64,000 bases of DNA. It comes from a virus (taxonomy: Duplodnaviria; Caudoviricetes). The notes under the pieces are model-generated. The model was not told where the DNA came from and ran no database searches. It worked only from the letters and a program-made list of their open reading frames with translations. Of this stretch, positions 29,669-39,571 are shown piece after piece. The translations under genes were made by a program, and so were the position numbers. How positions within the stretch are numbered: position 1 is the first letter of the stretch; each line of letters opens with the position of its first letter. The stretch is taken from the IMG/VR virus record IMGVR_UViG_2905639403_000004, positions 9,376 to 73,375 of that record; one strand, written 5' to 3'.

Positions 29669-29735
29669 CCAAGGACTATGCTACGTCCAAACCCTGATCG
29701 ACGTTAAAAGCTGAATTTTTTTGGAGGGATTCATC

Positions 29736-30098
29736 ATGAAGAAGCTCAAGATTAATATTTGGACTGGCATTTATAACATTTTTGCATGTGTTATCTTCGC
29801 CTCGTCTTGGTTCATCATCTTTTCAACCGCATTTAGCGATGCTGCAAACAAGACCAATGCAACTGGTGGTGCTGCCACATTCTTCTATGCTGTTGCTTGG
29901 ATTGGCGTTGTGTTAAATGCTCTTGCTTTATGGCAAAGCTATAAACACAACATTTCGTTAGTGGGCGGTGTTTTGGGCGTAATTGGTTCGCTTTGCTTTG
30001 GTTTGACCGCTGCAATGGCATTTCCAGCTATTGTTTTGTTGATTATTGCAATTGTATTCCTGTTCTTACAGCACCCTCGCAATAAGGCAGCTATTTAG
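29736..30098 (+). CDS. Multi-pass membrane protein in lysogeny module (superinfection-exclusion slot)
   Basis: 3-4 hydrophobic segments; position between ImmA and integrase. Confidence 0.7.
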   Translation: MKKLKINIWTGIYNIFACVIFASSWFIIFSTAFSDAANKTNATGGAATFFYAVAWIGVVLNALALWQSYKHNISLVGGVLGVIGSLCFGLTAAMAFPAIVLLIIAIVFLFLQHPRNKAAI

Positions 30099-30273
30099 CA
30101 TATATTCTTCCCCCACGCAAGCGGCGTCCCCGTGCAAGCCGGAGAGTGGGGCTGAATACAAAATAAAAAGCGCCTACCCCACCGACCAAAGTGAACGGGT
30201 AGACGCTAAACAATTACTCGGAGTCATAAGGCTCTTTGTATACACAATTGTACCAGAAAAGGAGGAAGATTGC

Positions 30274-31443
30274 ATGGCAACATTTAGGAAACGCGGCAAG
30301 TATTGGGAATACAGGGTTAAGTATACGGACTCTGCCGGTAAACAGCTGGTTGCTTCACACGGTGGGTATCGTCTCAAATCATCTGCACAAGACGCTGCAG
30401 AAGCTGTAGAAGATGACCTCAAACGTGGTGGCGATCCTTCCAAAGCTGGAACACTGTTTTTAGATTATTGGGATCAATGGATTGATGCTTATAAGTCAGG
30501 CGATAAGTCCCTCAATACTGAATATAGATACACGTTGCTAAGAAAACATTTGAAGTCACGTTTTGACGGCCGTGAGCTTGGCTCAATCCGTCCAATCGAA
30601 TGGCAACGTTTCTTGAACGACTTTGCTGCCGGTAAGGACCGCAAGAAAGAGACCACACGCAAAGGCCCTCGCGAACGCTCAAAGGATATTGTCAGCAAGA
30701 TGAATAGCTATGTCCGCTCAATGGTTAAGGCAGCCATCAATGATCGTCTGCTCTTTTCTGACTTCACTTTTGGTGCCAAGGTTGGTGGAATCCGTTCAGG
30801 AAGCAAAGTTAAAGTGCTTGATCGGGACGACTTTGCACAGGTTAAGTCTCAGGCGGCCGAGAAGGCTTCATATCGAAGCATAGGGGCGCTTGCAGTGTAT
30901 TTAGGGGCAATGACAGGCATGCGGGTTTCTGAGGTTCTAGCACTCACGTGGGCTGATATAGATACTATTAACAACGTGATACATGTTACCCGTTCTTGGG
31001 ATCATCAGTATGGGACTGGATTCAAGCCTACAAAAACCGAAGCGTCAATACGAGATATTGAAGTGTCACTAGCAGTTATTAAGCTACTCGAGCGTATTCA
31101 TCAAGAGCAAATGGCAGCATACTTGCGAACTGGTTATAGAGATCCCGATCAAATGATCATGCGGAATCAATGGCACACGGTCATTACTGACACTGCCTGC
31201 AATAAGGCACTTGCGATTTTGCAAAGCGATGCAGGGATCCCAAAAGAAAAACAAATTACTTTCCATGGCCTTCGTCACAGCCACGTTAGCTATCTGATTA
31301 GTCAAGGCATTGACATCTATTACATCTCAAAACGTCTTGGCCATTCAGACATCACGATCACCATGCGAGTATATGGCCATCTTTTAGACTCTCAAAAAAA
31401 GAAGGAAGCTCTGAAAGCCACGGCTGCCATGGATCGGCTTTGA
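30274..31443 (+). CDS. int: Tyrosine integrase of prophage 1
   Basis: TGMRVSE, HGLRHSH, RLGHS, Y catalytic motifs. Confidence 0.95.
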   Translation: MATFRKRGKYWEYRVKYTDSAGKQLVASHGGYRLKSSAQDAAEAVEDDLKRGGDPSKAGTLFLDYWDQWIDAYKSGDKSLNTEYRYTLLRKHLKSRFDGRELGSIRPIEWQRFLNDFAAGKDRKKETTRKGPRERSKDIVSKMNSYVRSMVKAAINDRLLFSDFTFGAKVGGIRSGSKVKVLDRDDFAQVKSQAAEKASYRSIGALAVYLGAMTGMRVSEVLALTWADIDTINNVIHVTRSWDHQYGTGFKPTKTEASIRDIEVSLAVIKLLERIHQEQMAAYLRTGYRDPDQMIMRNQWHTVITDTACNKALAILQSDAGIPKEKQITFHGLRHSHVSYLISQGIDIYYISKRLGHSDITITMRVYGHLLDSQKKKEALKATAAMDRL

Positions 31444-31449
31444 ATATCT

Positions 31450-31644
31450 TTGTCCCCTTTTTGTCCCCCTCAAAACAAAAACAAAGCCCTCCTAACATTA
31501 GCTAGGAGGGCTAAAACGTTGATTTAAAGGCATTCTATAAAGCTAAAAGAGACTAAAGAACGCTAATAAATGCCGCGAACAGGAACAATATATGCCTATT
31601 GTATCAGCGCTTGTAACGTTCTTGGTCTCAATTTGGTCTCAATT
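31450..31644. other. Hybrid att junction between the two prophages
   Basis: Core 31571-31584 reads TCCTGTTCGCGGCA on minus strand (tRNA T-stem/acceptor 3' end); TTGTCCCC x2 on the left, TTGGTCTCAATT x2 on the right. Confidence 0.7.
31483..31516. terminator. Hairpin after integrase
   Basis: AGCCCTCCTA..TAGGAGGGCT. Confidence 0.6.
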
Positions 31645-31780
31645 AAAATTTCTCAAAATAAAGTGCAATTAAAATAACTAGATTATTTGCGCTAAAAGTA
31701 CCATTTTGAATGTCATAATCGCATTGTTGCAGCGATTTTACAATTTTTCTTGTGTTTTGCAACTATGTAATTTATGCACA

Positions 31781-31821
31781 AAAACAGCCCTCCACCCGCA
31801 TTAGCGAGCAGAGGGCTGTTT
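31781..31821 (-). terminator. Endolysin terminator (copy 1)
   Basis: AGCCCTCCACCCGCATTAGCGAGCAGAGGGCT, identical at 42831-42862. Confidence 0.75.
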
Positions 31822-32079
31822 GTTATCGGATATACAGGCTTTCGCCAGGATAAATCAGACTGTTAATTGTCTTGCCATTGTTAGCCGCAAGCGTGTACAT
31901 GCTGATGCCATACTTACTGGCAATACTCCAGAGGCTATCATCAGAGCGGACTGTGTAGTACGTGTGGCTTGCCACAATTGAATAGTTTGCGCCAAAACTC
32001 GGAGAACGTCTCCGGGGTGAATCACACTATTGATCTTCTTTCCGTTGTTAGAGGCCAACGTATACATGCTCATTCCCAC
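31822..32079 (-). pseudogene. Relic LysM-LysM C-terminus of a former endolysin
   Basis: GMSMYTLASNNGKKINSVIHPGDVL and YYTVRSDDSLWSIASKYGISMYTLAANNG in different frames. Confidence 0.8.
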
Positions 32080-32137
32080 TCAATTGTAACGGTCGATTAC
32101 AATCGTTGTTACAACGGCATTTATGCCAGTTTATTAT

Positions 32138-33364
32138 TCATTGGCGGAGCTGCGGCGGAGCAACAACCTGATTACCATTAAACTTCACCTTAGATTCCTT
32201 TGGTGCTGCATAGGTTATATGACCTGACATCATCTGTGCTAGTTCCTTATCTGCACCAACATACATGTGCGCATAGTGCCTTAACGTAATTTCCGGGGAT
32301 GAGTGTCCCAGCCGTTTAGACAGAACAAGCACTGATACATTGAACTCATTAATCAAGTAACTAGCATGACTATGCCGAAGTCCTTTACCTTGTATCGGGT
32401 GAACATTGGCCAACTTGGCGTACCGATGGATAATACGCATGAGCGTTGATTTCAGCATCGGGCTTCCGTCATAGCTAAAGACAAAATCGTCCTGCTTACC
32501 AAAACCATTCTGAGTTTGACGCTTTTTCCAAACACGGAGCACCTTCAAAGTATCCCGATCTATGGAGATAGTTCTCAAACCGCTATCAGTTTTGGTGTAG
32601 TCATGCCGTTTCCAATTTTGTTTGGTCTTGATTACCAGCATGTGAGTAACGCGTAATTGTGCATGCGTGAAGTCCACGTCCGCCCATTGTAGCGCCATCC
32701 CCTCATTGACACGAACACCCGTCATAAAGTAAACATACAGCATGACAAAGTTCAGGTGTTCGTAGTAGTCGCTAGTACAAATCTGGTTTAGTACGGTTTG
32801 AAACTCACTCTTAGTCCAATACGGCACCGTAGCACGTCCCTTAGATATCGCCTTAACACGCTTTGACACATTACTAGGTAAGTAATTCATCTCAACCGCA
32901 AAATCCAACGACTTACGAAACATACCGAAAACTAAACTTGCATAGCTCTGCGAGTAACCAGCGTCTGTCAGCAGCCAGTTCCTAAAGCCCTGAACCTGCC
33001 TAACATCCAGCTTTCGTAATTCTACATCTCCAAACTTTTGTACGAAGACGTTTAACGCAGTCTTACGCGTTTCAAACGTTTCCTTTTGTACGCTAGCTTG
33101 GTATGCAGGAATATACGATTTTCGCATGTACACACCATAAGTTAACGCATAGACGGTATGGCCACTCTCACGGTCAAATTCTGCCTTTAATCGTACAACT
33201 TCCTTGTGCGCGGCAGTCGCTGACTTGAACAACTGGCCATCCGCGTCTTTTTGGCTCTTTTTCCGGATTCTTTTTCCGGTACTTTCATCCACCCCCAACT
33301 GTATATCATAGTAGTAGCGGCCATTTTGGCCACTGTATACACCAGCGAACTTAGTCTTTGGCAT
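32138..33364 (-). CDS. int: Tyrosine integrase of the nested element
   Basis: TGVRVNE, GLRHSH, RLGHS, HYAH; likely start MPKTK. Confidence 0.93.
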   Translation of the reverse strand: MPKTKFAGVYSGQNGRYYYDIQLGVDESTGKRIRKKSQKDADGQLFKSATAAHKEVVRLKAEFDRESGHTVYALTYGVYMRKSYIPAYQASVQKETFETRKTALNVFVQKFGDVELRKLDVRQVQGFRNWLLTDAGYSQSYASLVFGMFRKSLDFAVEMNYLPSNVSKRVKAISKGRATVPYWTKSEFQTVLNQICTSDYYEHLNFVMLYVYFMTGVRVNEGMALQWADVDFTHAQLRVTHMLVIKTKQNWKRHDYTKTDSGLRTISIDRDTLKVLRVWKKRQTQNGFGKQDDFVFSYDGSPMLKSTLMRIIHRYAKLANVHPIQGKGLRHSHASYLINEFNVSVLVLSKRLGHSSPEITLRHYAHMYVGADKELAQMMSGHITYAAPKESKVKFNGNQVVAPPQLRQ

Positions 33365-33563
33365 CGTCTGCATCCTTTCGAATGGATGCTCCAATTATCG
33401 CCTCAACCGCTGCAACCGGCACCCGACCTAGGCGTCGATTGGTATAAAACTCATATCCTTGTTGTACCATGCTCCGCTTGGCTTGTCTAATCAATTCGGC
33501 AGCGGTATTTTCACGATACCCAAGCGATATTAGGTCTTTTTTAGTAACTGTGTTGTTTTCCAT
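33351..33563 (-). CDS. Excisionase (DUF3173-like)
   Basis: DLISLGY..IRQAK..RLGRVP. Confidence 0.85.
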   Translation of the reverse strand: MENNTVTKKDLISLGYRENTAAELIRQAKRSMVQQGYEFYTNRRLGRVPVAAVEAIIGASIRKDADDAKD

Positions 33564-34436
33564 TTAAGGGCCTCCTTCATTCCCATAATCGACAGTGTTT
33601 TTTAATTTCCAGACGGTCTTTATACCGTCTTCCTGTTCTAACTCGCCTTCTCTCGTAATATCAATCTGATAAATTGCTACATCTGTTTCTAGCGCACTAT
33701 CTGAACCGCTCAGATGACCAACAACAAAATTCGGTCTAAATAATGTGAAATAACTTTCATCTAGATCACAGTAATCCACAGTCGGCTGCTTTAGTCCATG
33801 GCTCACAAAGTACCGTGGTTGATGATACGCGTGCGGTATTTGCATAAGCTCCTTAGTTATATACTTAGTAATATAGTTAGCTGCCTTACGTTTATCAGCA
33901 ATATGGCTTACTGTACTAAAGCCCTTTTCCCAGCTATCAGCATTGTATATCTGCAATCCTTTTTTCTTAATTAGCCGTTGACTCTTGGGATAACGCGCCG
34001 GTGTTAAAGGTGGCGCAAGTCCACCAGTAACACCATGAAAATGAATTCTGCCTGTTGATGGATGAAGTTCAGGGATAAAGAGATAATCAAACCTCCCAAA
34101 CTTTTCTCGCTGATACTTTAACCAGGCACGCAGACGATTTCGTGCATACACATAGTTTTTTGCGTTCACTTTCGAGTCATCAAACGTAAGCGTCCAAAAC
34201 AGATTGAACGGATTTGCCTCTAGATAGTATTTCACCTTTCTCTTAATCCTAAATGCCTGCTGCACGAGTTGAGTTTCATCACTATCTGACACGTTTATAG
34301 GCATATTCGACTCTGGATTTTTCAGTAATTTCGGAGCTTTGTGAACCCTTGGTACGCCATATTTCACAATTTCGATATGATCTTCAAACGTAATAACTTT
34401 GGCGTTGTATTCATACTCACCGCTATTCTTACTCAT
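33564..34436 (-). CDS. HUH rolling-circle Rep/relaxase
   Basis: Motifs FWTLTF, IHFHG, YITKYITK. Confidence 0.88.
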   Translation of the reverse strand: MSKNSGEYEYNAKVITFEDHIEIVKYGVPRVHKAPKLLKNPESNMPINVSDSDETQLVQQAFRIKRKVKYYLEANPFNLFWTLTFDDSKVNAKNYVYARNRLRAWLKYQREKFGRFDYLFIPELHPSTGRIHFHGVTGGLAPPLTPARYPKSQRLIKKKGLQIYNADSWEKGFSTVSHIADKRKAANYITKYITKELMQIPHAYHQPRYFVSHGLKQPTVDYCDLDESYFTLFRPNFVVGHLSGSDSALETDVAIYQIDITREGELEQEDGIKTVWKLKNTVDYGNEGGP

Positions 34437-34449
34437 TGTTTCAGCTTAT

Positions 34450-34533
34450 CTTGCCTGTATGTCAAGTAACAGGCAAGTCCTTGCTGGCAGTCGCAGCTTG
34501 TGGCGTCCCGCCACCGCCACGCCTACCAGCAAG
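34450..34533 (-). other. Candidate double-strand origin/nick site
   Basis: CTTGCCTGT/ACAGGCAAG stem with loop TACTTGACAT (minus), next to a second GC-rich hairpin, directly upstream of rep. Confidence 0.55.
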
Positions 34534-35937
34534 CATTGTAAGTGTTGCTTTGAATGGCAGTTTATCTTCATCATATTTTGGCGGTAAAAATGCTTTTGGC
34601 CCATCCCAATTCAGACCATCCAACCATATAACACCACCAAATTCTTTCGCATCAATGAACGGCAAATTATGGTGACTCTCTCCAAACACTTCCTGAGCTT
34701 GCTGAGGCGACGTTCTACCTAAGCTGATACGCATTCCCAGTGAACTTCTAGCTTCCGTTGGAAGTACAGAGGCGGGCATCATTTGCCCCGCTACAATAAC
34801 CGAGATAGAACTCTGCCGTCCCTTTGTAATCAAGGACAACAGTTTGGCGTTGAATTGGGGATATAGTTTGTCGGCTGTTTTCCTCTGCTGATCCTCAGCC
34901 TTCATGTTTGCAACCAACGACAGTAGTTCATCAACGACAAGTAAAATCGTACCCTGATGAAATTTTTCGCAATGCGTAATATCCCGCTCATCATCGGGAT
35001 CTGCATTTAGCTCCTTGTATCGCTGATCCATGATTTTGCACAATTCGTCAACGAGCTGAATTGCCTCTTCCGCATTCATGGCAACCTTACCAATACGCTT
35101 CATCGACTGACCCAAGAACGCTGCCTTACCATCGATCGTATACACGACATTATCGGGATTATTTACCAAGAAGGATATAATCAGGACCTTTAGCAAACTA
35201 GTTTTCCCCGTTCCTGTTGGACCGACTATCAACCCCATCGGCTGTTTAGATGTTAGCGACATTCTGCCAGTCAATTGAATATTGATCTTTTCGCTTGTCT
35301 GCAACGCGTCCAAACGGTTGATTGTAATTCGCTCATCCTTATTGTGAGTTAGGTTAATTTCGATAATGCCGTTTCCAGACTTCTTATCACGAATTTCCCA
35401 GTAAGCTGTCGTCTCCTTGGTGAGGAATGCAACCAGGCGGCGTCCAATATCCGCTTCGAAATCCGAGCTGACACGGCCACCCGTTAGTAGCGTGATCTTA
35501 ACTTCATCATTCGAGACCACATATCCCCATCTTACGTATGCGACATGGCCAGTCACGCCTTGCTTAATCAAATTAACGTTTTCCGAAAATTGCCAAAGCA
35601 AACGTTCCATCTTCCAACGTTCAACTGGCGAATATCTACTGTGGAGATATCTCCAAGCCCCAGCAAGAGACACAACTACTCCAAGTAGTCCAAGCATCAG
35701 GATAATTGGCCATAGATCTAATTCCGATTTTTGGCCAATTATTTTAGCCCACGTCCACTTAGCGCAGCTCCAGAGAATGATTAGCACTGTAACACATGCC
35801 CAGACCTTAAACAATAATCTTGACCGTACCTGCTTGCGTTGATCAACCTCATCAATGGATTCATAGATGCTCAGCTTCGCAGTATGCGTAGAGACTGGCA
35901 AAAATCTGCTAATTGCTTCCCTTGTTTTTTCTATCAT
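34462..35937 (-). CDS. FtsK/SpoIIIE (TcpA-like) membrane ATPase
   Basis: Two TM segments, GPTGTGKT, VVDE, KGRQ. Confidence 0.88.
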   Translation of the reverse strand: MIEKTREAISRFLPVSTHTAKLSIYESIDEVDQRKQVRSRLLFKVWACVTVLIILWSCAKWTWAKIIGQKSELDLWPIILMLGLLGVVVSLAGAWRYLHSRYSPVERWKMERLLWQFSENVNLIKQGVTGHVAYVRWGYVVSNDEVKITLLTGGRVSSDFEADIGRRLVAFLTKETTAYWEIRDKKSGNGIIEINLTHNKDERITINRLDALQTSEKINIQLTGRMSLTSKQPMGLIVGPTGTGKTSLLKVLIISFLVNNPDNVVYTIDGKAAFLGQSMKRIGKVAMNAEEAIQLVDELCKIMDQRYKELNADPDDERDITHCEKFHQGTILLVVDELLSLVANMKAEDQQRKTADKLYPQFNAKLLSLITKGRQSSISVIVAGQMMPASVLPTEARSSLGMRISLGRTSPQQAQEVFGESHHNLPFIDAKEFGGVIWLDGLNWDGPKAFLPPKYDEDKLPFKATLTMLAGRRGGGGTPQAATASKDLPVT

Positions 35938-36103
35938 TCAAGAAATCCTCTTCAAAGTCTCCTACTTGCTGGCCGGTAAAAATTCTGTACGCAGCTGCAA
36001 TCAAAGACTCAATTCTTTCAACATCGAATGCGTCACGGTTCGTGAGACAATATTGAGCTTCATTCAAGTACGCCCAAACAGATAGCTTCTTTTTTTCACT
36101 CAT
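35909..36103 (-). CDS. Small hypothetical protein
   Basis: ORF in operon. Confidence 0.55.
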   Translation of the reverse strand: MSEKKKLSVWAYLNEAQYCLTNRDAFDVERIESLIAAAYRIFTGQQVGDFEEDFLNDRKNKGSN

Positions 36104-36111
36104 ACCTACGC

Positions 36112-36504
36112 CTACTTCCCATCGCTAATATTCATAACAAGCTTCACGTCACGCCAGCCACTAGTACGCCCCGCGCTCCACTTAAGCATTACCTTGGCGT
36201 CTTTCAATTCAATCTCTGTGCCCAAAAGTTCTGCCTCAGAAATTTCCAGCAGATCCTTCTCATCCCCAACAAGTTCCAGTGCATACGTCTTTAAGTCCTC
36301 TACCCCGTCGCCAGATTTCTCCAATGTTTTGGCAAGTTCAGCATCTACTATTTGGCATACTACCTTTGCGACCGATCCGTTGATTGGATCACCGTTATCT
36401 GCGTAGCGCGGACTTTTTGATACCGATACCACGCGAGCTGCTTTTGGCTTCTCAACATTGCTAATTTCAACTTCTGAAAGTTTGACCTTGGCTAGTTTCA
36501 TGCA
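36112..36504 (-). CDS. Hypothetical protein (possible OB-fold ssDNA binding)
   Basis: AAGGAG RBS before MKLAKV; first gene of mobility operon. Confidence 0.6.
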   Translation of the reverse strand, partial: CMKLAKVKLSEVEISNVEKPKAARVVSVSKSPRYADNGDPINGSVAKVVCQIVDAELAKTLEKSGDGVEDLKTYALELVGDEKDLLEISEAELLGTEIELKDAKVMLKWSAGRTSGWRDVKLVMNISDGK

Positions 36505-36712
36505 TTTCTCCTTTTCTGGATAAACATCCAACACAGTTTTAATAGACTAACTTTTATCAAAGGCCTTTGATTGACTACATCTTATCTTCAATTACGCCCA
36601 ATATATATATCAGGCTTCGCCAATATCTTGACACCTGAAAAACCGGGTATTGACGTATCGGAAAAGATGTGCATCAAAAAAGGCGAAGTTTTAAAAACTT
36701 CGCCCTAAGTGA

Positions 36713-37495
36713 CTATTTTGATATTTGTTGGAGAAACTGATTCATTATCAGCGGTGTTACCCGATAATCAACAAATCTTTTTAATGGTTCACCAAGTTGC
36801 TTAAGTTCGAGAACCTCACCTAACCCTTCTCTCGAGACACCGCCAGAATCAATCTTATCTATTAGTGGGATTCCTGCGGCAATGCTTTCGTTATCAGCAC
36901 TACTTTCGAAGTTAATTACTGTCGCTATTTTCGTTTCTTGATTCCGAACTCTTGTGAATTTGTCCCACTCATTCAGCAAGTCGCTTTTTATTCCTTCATA
37001 TATTTGTTGAATCGTATTGTTCGGAATCCTAAGAGGCTGTGTCTGCTTTATATCATTAATAAGGCTACCTAGTCGGTTATTTTGGAATTGCGCTTCATTA
37101 CACACTGACTCAAATACATTAGGCAGATAGTTTCTAATTTCATAATTAGACCCCCAAATGCACTCATACACATCCTTAAAATTCAAGGTATCTACAAATC
37201 GTAGATAGTACTTGGAAGAAGGCACTAGATAAGGATTCTGACGCGTATCCAATCGGGGAATAGGTGCGGTTATGGAGTCAACCATCGAATAACTTACTTC
37301 GTGTTGGTAACTTGGAGCCTCATTATACTCTTTTGCATTCTTGAACCCAGCAGTTTGATATTTGGATACGCCCTGCTCCTTCATACGCCGCTTGAGTCTT
37401 TCTGAAAACACCCTGTAGATAAACCAGACCGTATCTCCATATTCGCCGAATGCTTTTTCCCTCGCGGCTACAGTGCTCATATCTATTCGTACCAT
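36713..37495 (-). CDS. Hypothetical protein, last gene of cargo operon
   Basis: AAGGAG RBS; hairpin terminator at ~36680-36706. Confidence 0.7.
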   Translation of the reverse strand: MVRIDMSTVAAREKAFGEYGDTVWFIYRVFSERLKRRMKEQGVSKYQTAGFKNAKEYNEAPSYQHEVSYSMVDSITAPIPRLDTRQNPYLVPSSKYYLRFVDTLNFKDVYECIWGSNYEIRNYLPNVFESVCNEAQFQNNRLGSLINDIKQTQPLRIPNNTIQQIYEGIKSDLLNEWDKFTRVRNQETKIATVINFESSADNESIAAGIPLIDKIDSGGVSREGLGEVLELKQLGEPLKRFVDYRVTPLIMNQFLQQISK

Positions 37496-37510
37496 ATTAG
37501 CTCCTTGGCA

Positions 37511-38602
37511 TTATACTCCGGATTTTTTTCGATTGTCGTCTTTGCACAGCATTTGCAAATTGGAGAGTACTGTATGCCCACCTTGAGACCAAGGAGTAAT
37601 ATGATCGCCCTCCATCTCGTCGTACTCAAAATGCTTGCCGCATACCGGACAGATTCCATTCTGTTTTGCGTATGCTGCTCGCTTGTCCTTAGGCTTAAAT
37701 GCCCGAATTGATAATACGCGCTCTGGCCCGCCAAGCACGTACTCAAATATCCCCTTCTGCTTGGTAACATCCTCGTCCTCTATCAGCTCGCTAACTCTAG
37801 CTTCGAGCGTAGCCGGATTATACGTATTCTCATGATAAGTATCGTATAGAAACCCCCATTCAATCCCCTTCATCAGCTTACGATAGTTAGGAAAAATAGA
37901 GGTTGTCCAATTAATTACGTTTTGAAAGTATAGCCACAGTTCGATTGCCGTTTCATCGTGCTGGTGCTGCGCCATGTACTCCTCAAGCTCAATATCCTGT
38001 TTCGACGAGATCCACTTGAGTGTGGTTTCCAAAAAGTCTTGTCGAATAGCAGAACCATTTAAATAGTCACCGCCAATCTGATATGCGGGACACTGTGATT
38101 TCGAAAAGTACTTCTTGGCATCTGTCAACCATGGCCCCGTATAGATTGCATTTCTAAGTTCTTGTGCAGTAAGCTGCTCCCCAACAGTATTGATCACTTT
38201 GAACCAATCCAATTTTTCTCGATCTGTACCAGTACAAATATAAACCGTCAGAGGATAGTCCAATATTTGCTGCTGTTCTTCCTGTGTGAGCGTGTGAAAG
38301 TACTGAAAATTGATGGAGTAATCACCCTGTACAAATTGACATATTGAGATTGTTCGCTGCTGTCCATCTAAAATTTCATAGTGTCCATCTTCTGCAACAA
38401 CCCAATACATAACATTCAGTGGGAACCCCTTGCGGACGGTATTAATAACTTCATCACGTTGCTTAGGTTTGTAGACGAATTCACGCTGAAAGGCCGGACG
38501 AATATTTAATTTTCCGTCATATCCATATACACCATCTTCATCGGAATCTACATATCCGTTTACGATTTGGCTTACTGGAATATCCTTTTTCTCAATTTGC
38601 AT
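37511..38602 (-). CDS. DUF262 (ParB-like) plus HNH endonuclease
   Basis: PAFQRE, DGQQRT, FKVIN, DHITPW..NLQMLC..N. Confidence 0.9.
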   Translation of the reverse strand: MQIEKKDIPVSQIVNGYVDSDEDGVYGYDGKLNIRPAFQREFVYKPKQRDEVINTVRKGFPLNVMYWVVAEDGHYEILDGQQRTISICQFVQGDYSINFQYFHTLTQEEQQQILDYPLTVYICTGTDREKLDWFKVINTVGEQLTAQELRNAIYTGPWLTDAKKYFSKSQCPAYQIGGDYLNGSAIRQDFLETTLKWISSKQDIELEEYMAQHQHDETAIELWLYFQNVINWTTSIFPNYRKLMKGIEWGFLYDTYHENTYNPATLEARVSELIEDEDVTKQKGIFEYVLGGPERVLSIRAFKPKDKRAAYAKQNGICPVCGKHFEYDEMEGDHITPWSQGGHTVLSNLQMLCKDDNRKKSGV

Positions 38603-39554
38603 GCGTTTGGCCTCCCTTGTTGCGAATTAACACTCTCTTGTACATTGATTTAACGGTGCCATCTTTTTTAGTCAACAAAAGCCCTGAACTTTTTACATCA
38701 ACAATTTCAAACTGATCTGGATTGTACCGCGTCATGTAAGTAATTGGCACACCAATGACACCAAAGTAGTCACAAGGAATATCCGCAACCCGGGATACCT
38801 CAATGGCATCATAGTTATCATATTTTGGATATATCTCTGGAGAATAGTTCTTGAAGATTGTCAGCTTTTCGTGACGTTGTGTCGTATCTAAGTTGGTATA
38901 CCAGCAAATGTTTCCCATTCTCCGCCATTTTTGTCCATTTTCATCAATCTTGAAATCCGTTTTCTTCGCCTCATAGCTTTCAGGTACCTTAAACCAAAAG
39001 TGTCCAGAATTGTACCCTAGCCAAATTTCGTTGGCCATAATTGAAGGCAGTACCTCTTTATAGGTAATTGCGTTGAGATTACCAATCACTAGGAATGTTT
39101 TGTGAAAAGCTCTTAACTGTGCGATGTAATCAGTAAATAGACTGAAAGGGGGATTGGTTACGACAATATCGGCTTCTTTAAGTAACTGAATTGCTTCCGG
39201 ACTTCGAAAATCGCCATCTCCAGTTAGTGGTGTTTCAACGTAATCCGGTAAAAATGCAAGTTGTCCAATCTTGTCATCTTGTCTAATTATTTCCAATTTA
39301 TAACTGGGTTTGTCGGATTCATAGTGCGTAGATATTAGTTTTTTTAGGCCTAACATGTAAAAGTTAATCTGAAAGTATTTCCAGAAATTACTGATGGCTG
39401 GATCATCACAATTACAAAACACAACCTTATTCTTGAAATACTCACGATAATGGCGTAACTCGTTTTCAATCATTGAAATATCAGTATAAAACTCATCTGT
39501 TTTTCCAGCACGTGATACATGAAGGTTACTGTTTGTTTGCTCTTTCACGTTCAT
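38592..39554 (-). CDS. EcoRI-family adenine methyltransferase
   Basis: DEFYT, CNCDDP, GDFRS, VTNPPFSLF. Confidence 0.92.
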   Translation of the reverse strand: MNVKEQTNSNLHVSRAGKTDEFYTDISMIENELRHYREYFKNKVVFCNCDDPAISNFWKYFQINFYMLGLKKLISTHYESDKPSYKLEIIRQDDKIGQLAFLPDYVETPLTGDGDFRSPEAIQLLKEADIVVTNPPFSLFTDYIAQLRAFHKTFLVIGNLNAITYKEVLPSIMANEIWLGYNSGHFWFKVPESYEAKKTDFKIDENGQKWRRMGNICWYTNLDTTQRHEKLTIFKNYSPEIYPKYDNYDAIEVSRVADIPCDYFGVIGVPITYMTRYNPDQFEIVDVKSSGLLLTKKDGTVKSMYKRVLIRNKGGQTHAN

Positions 39555-39571
39555 TACTCCAATTTATTATT

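Larger units (their letters stand above)
1..31584 (-). mobile_element. Prophage 1 (cos-type siphovirus, left end outside window)
   Basis: Contiguous tail, head, terminase, ArpU, replication, CI/Cro and integrase modules ending at a tRNA-3'-end-like att core. Confidence 0.95.

Noticed and set aside
38592-39554. GAATTC specificity for the EcoRI-family methyltransferase
   Set aside because: Family membership does not fix the target site; a methylome is needed.
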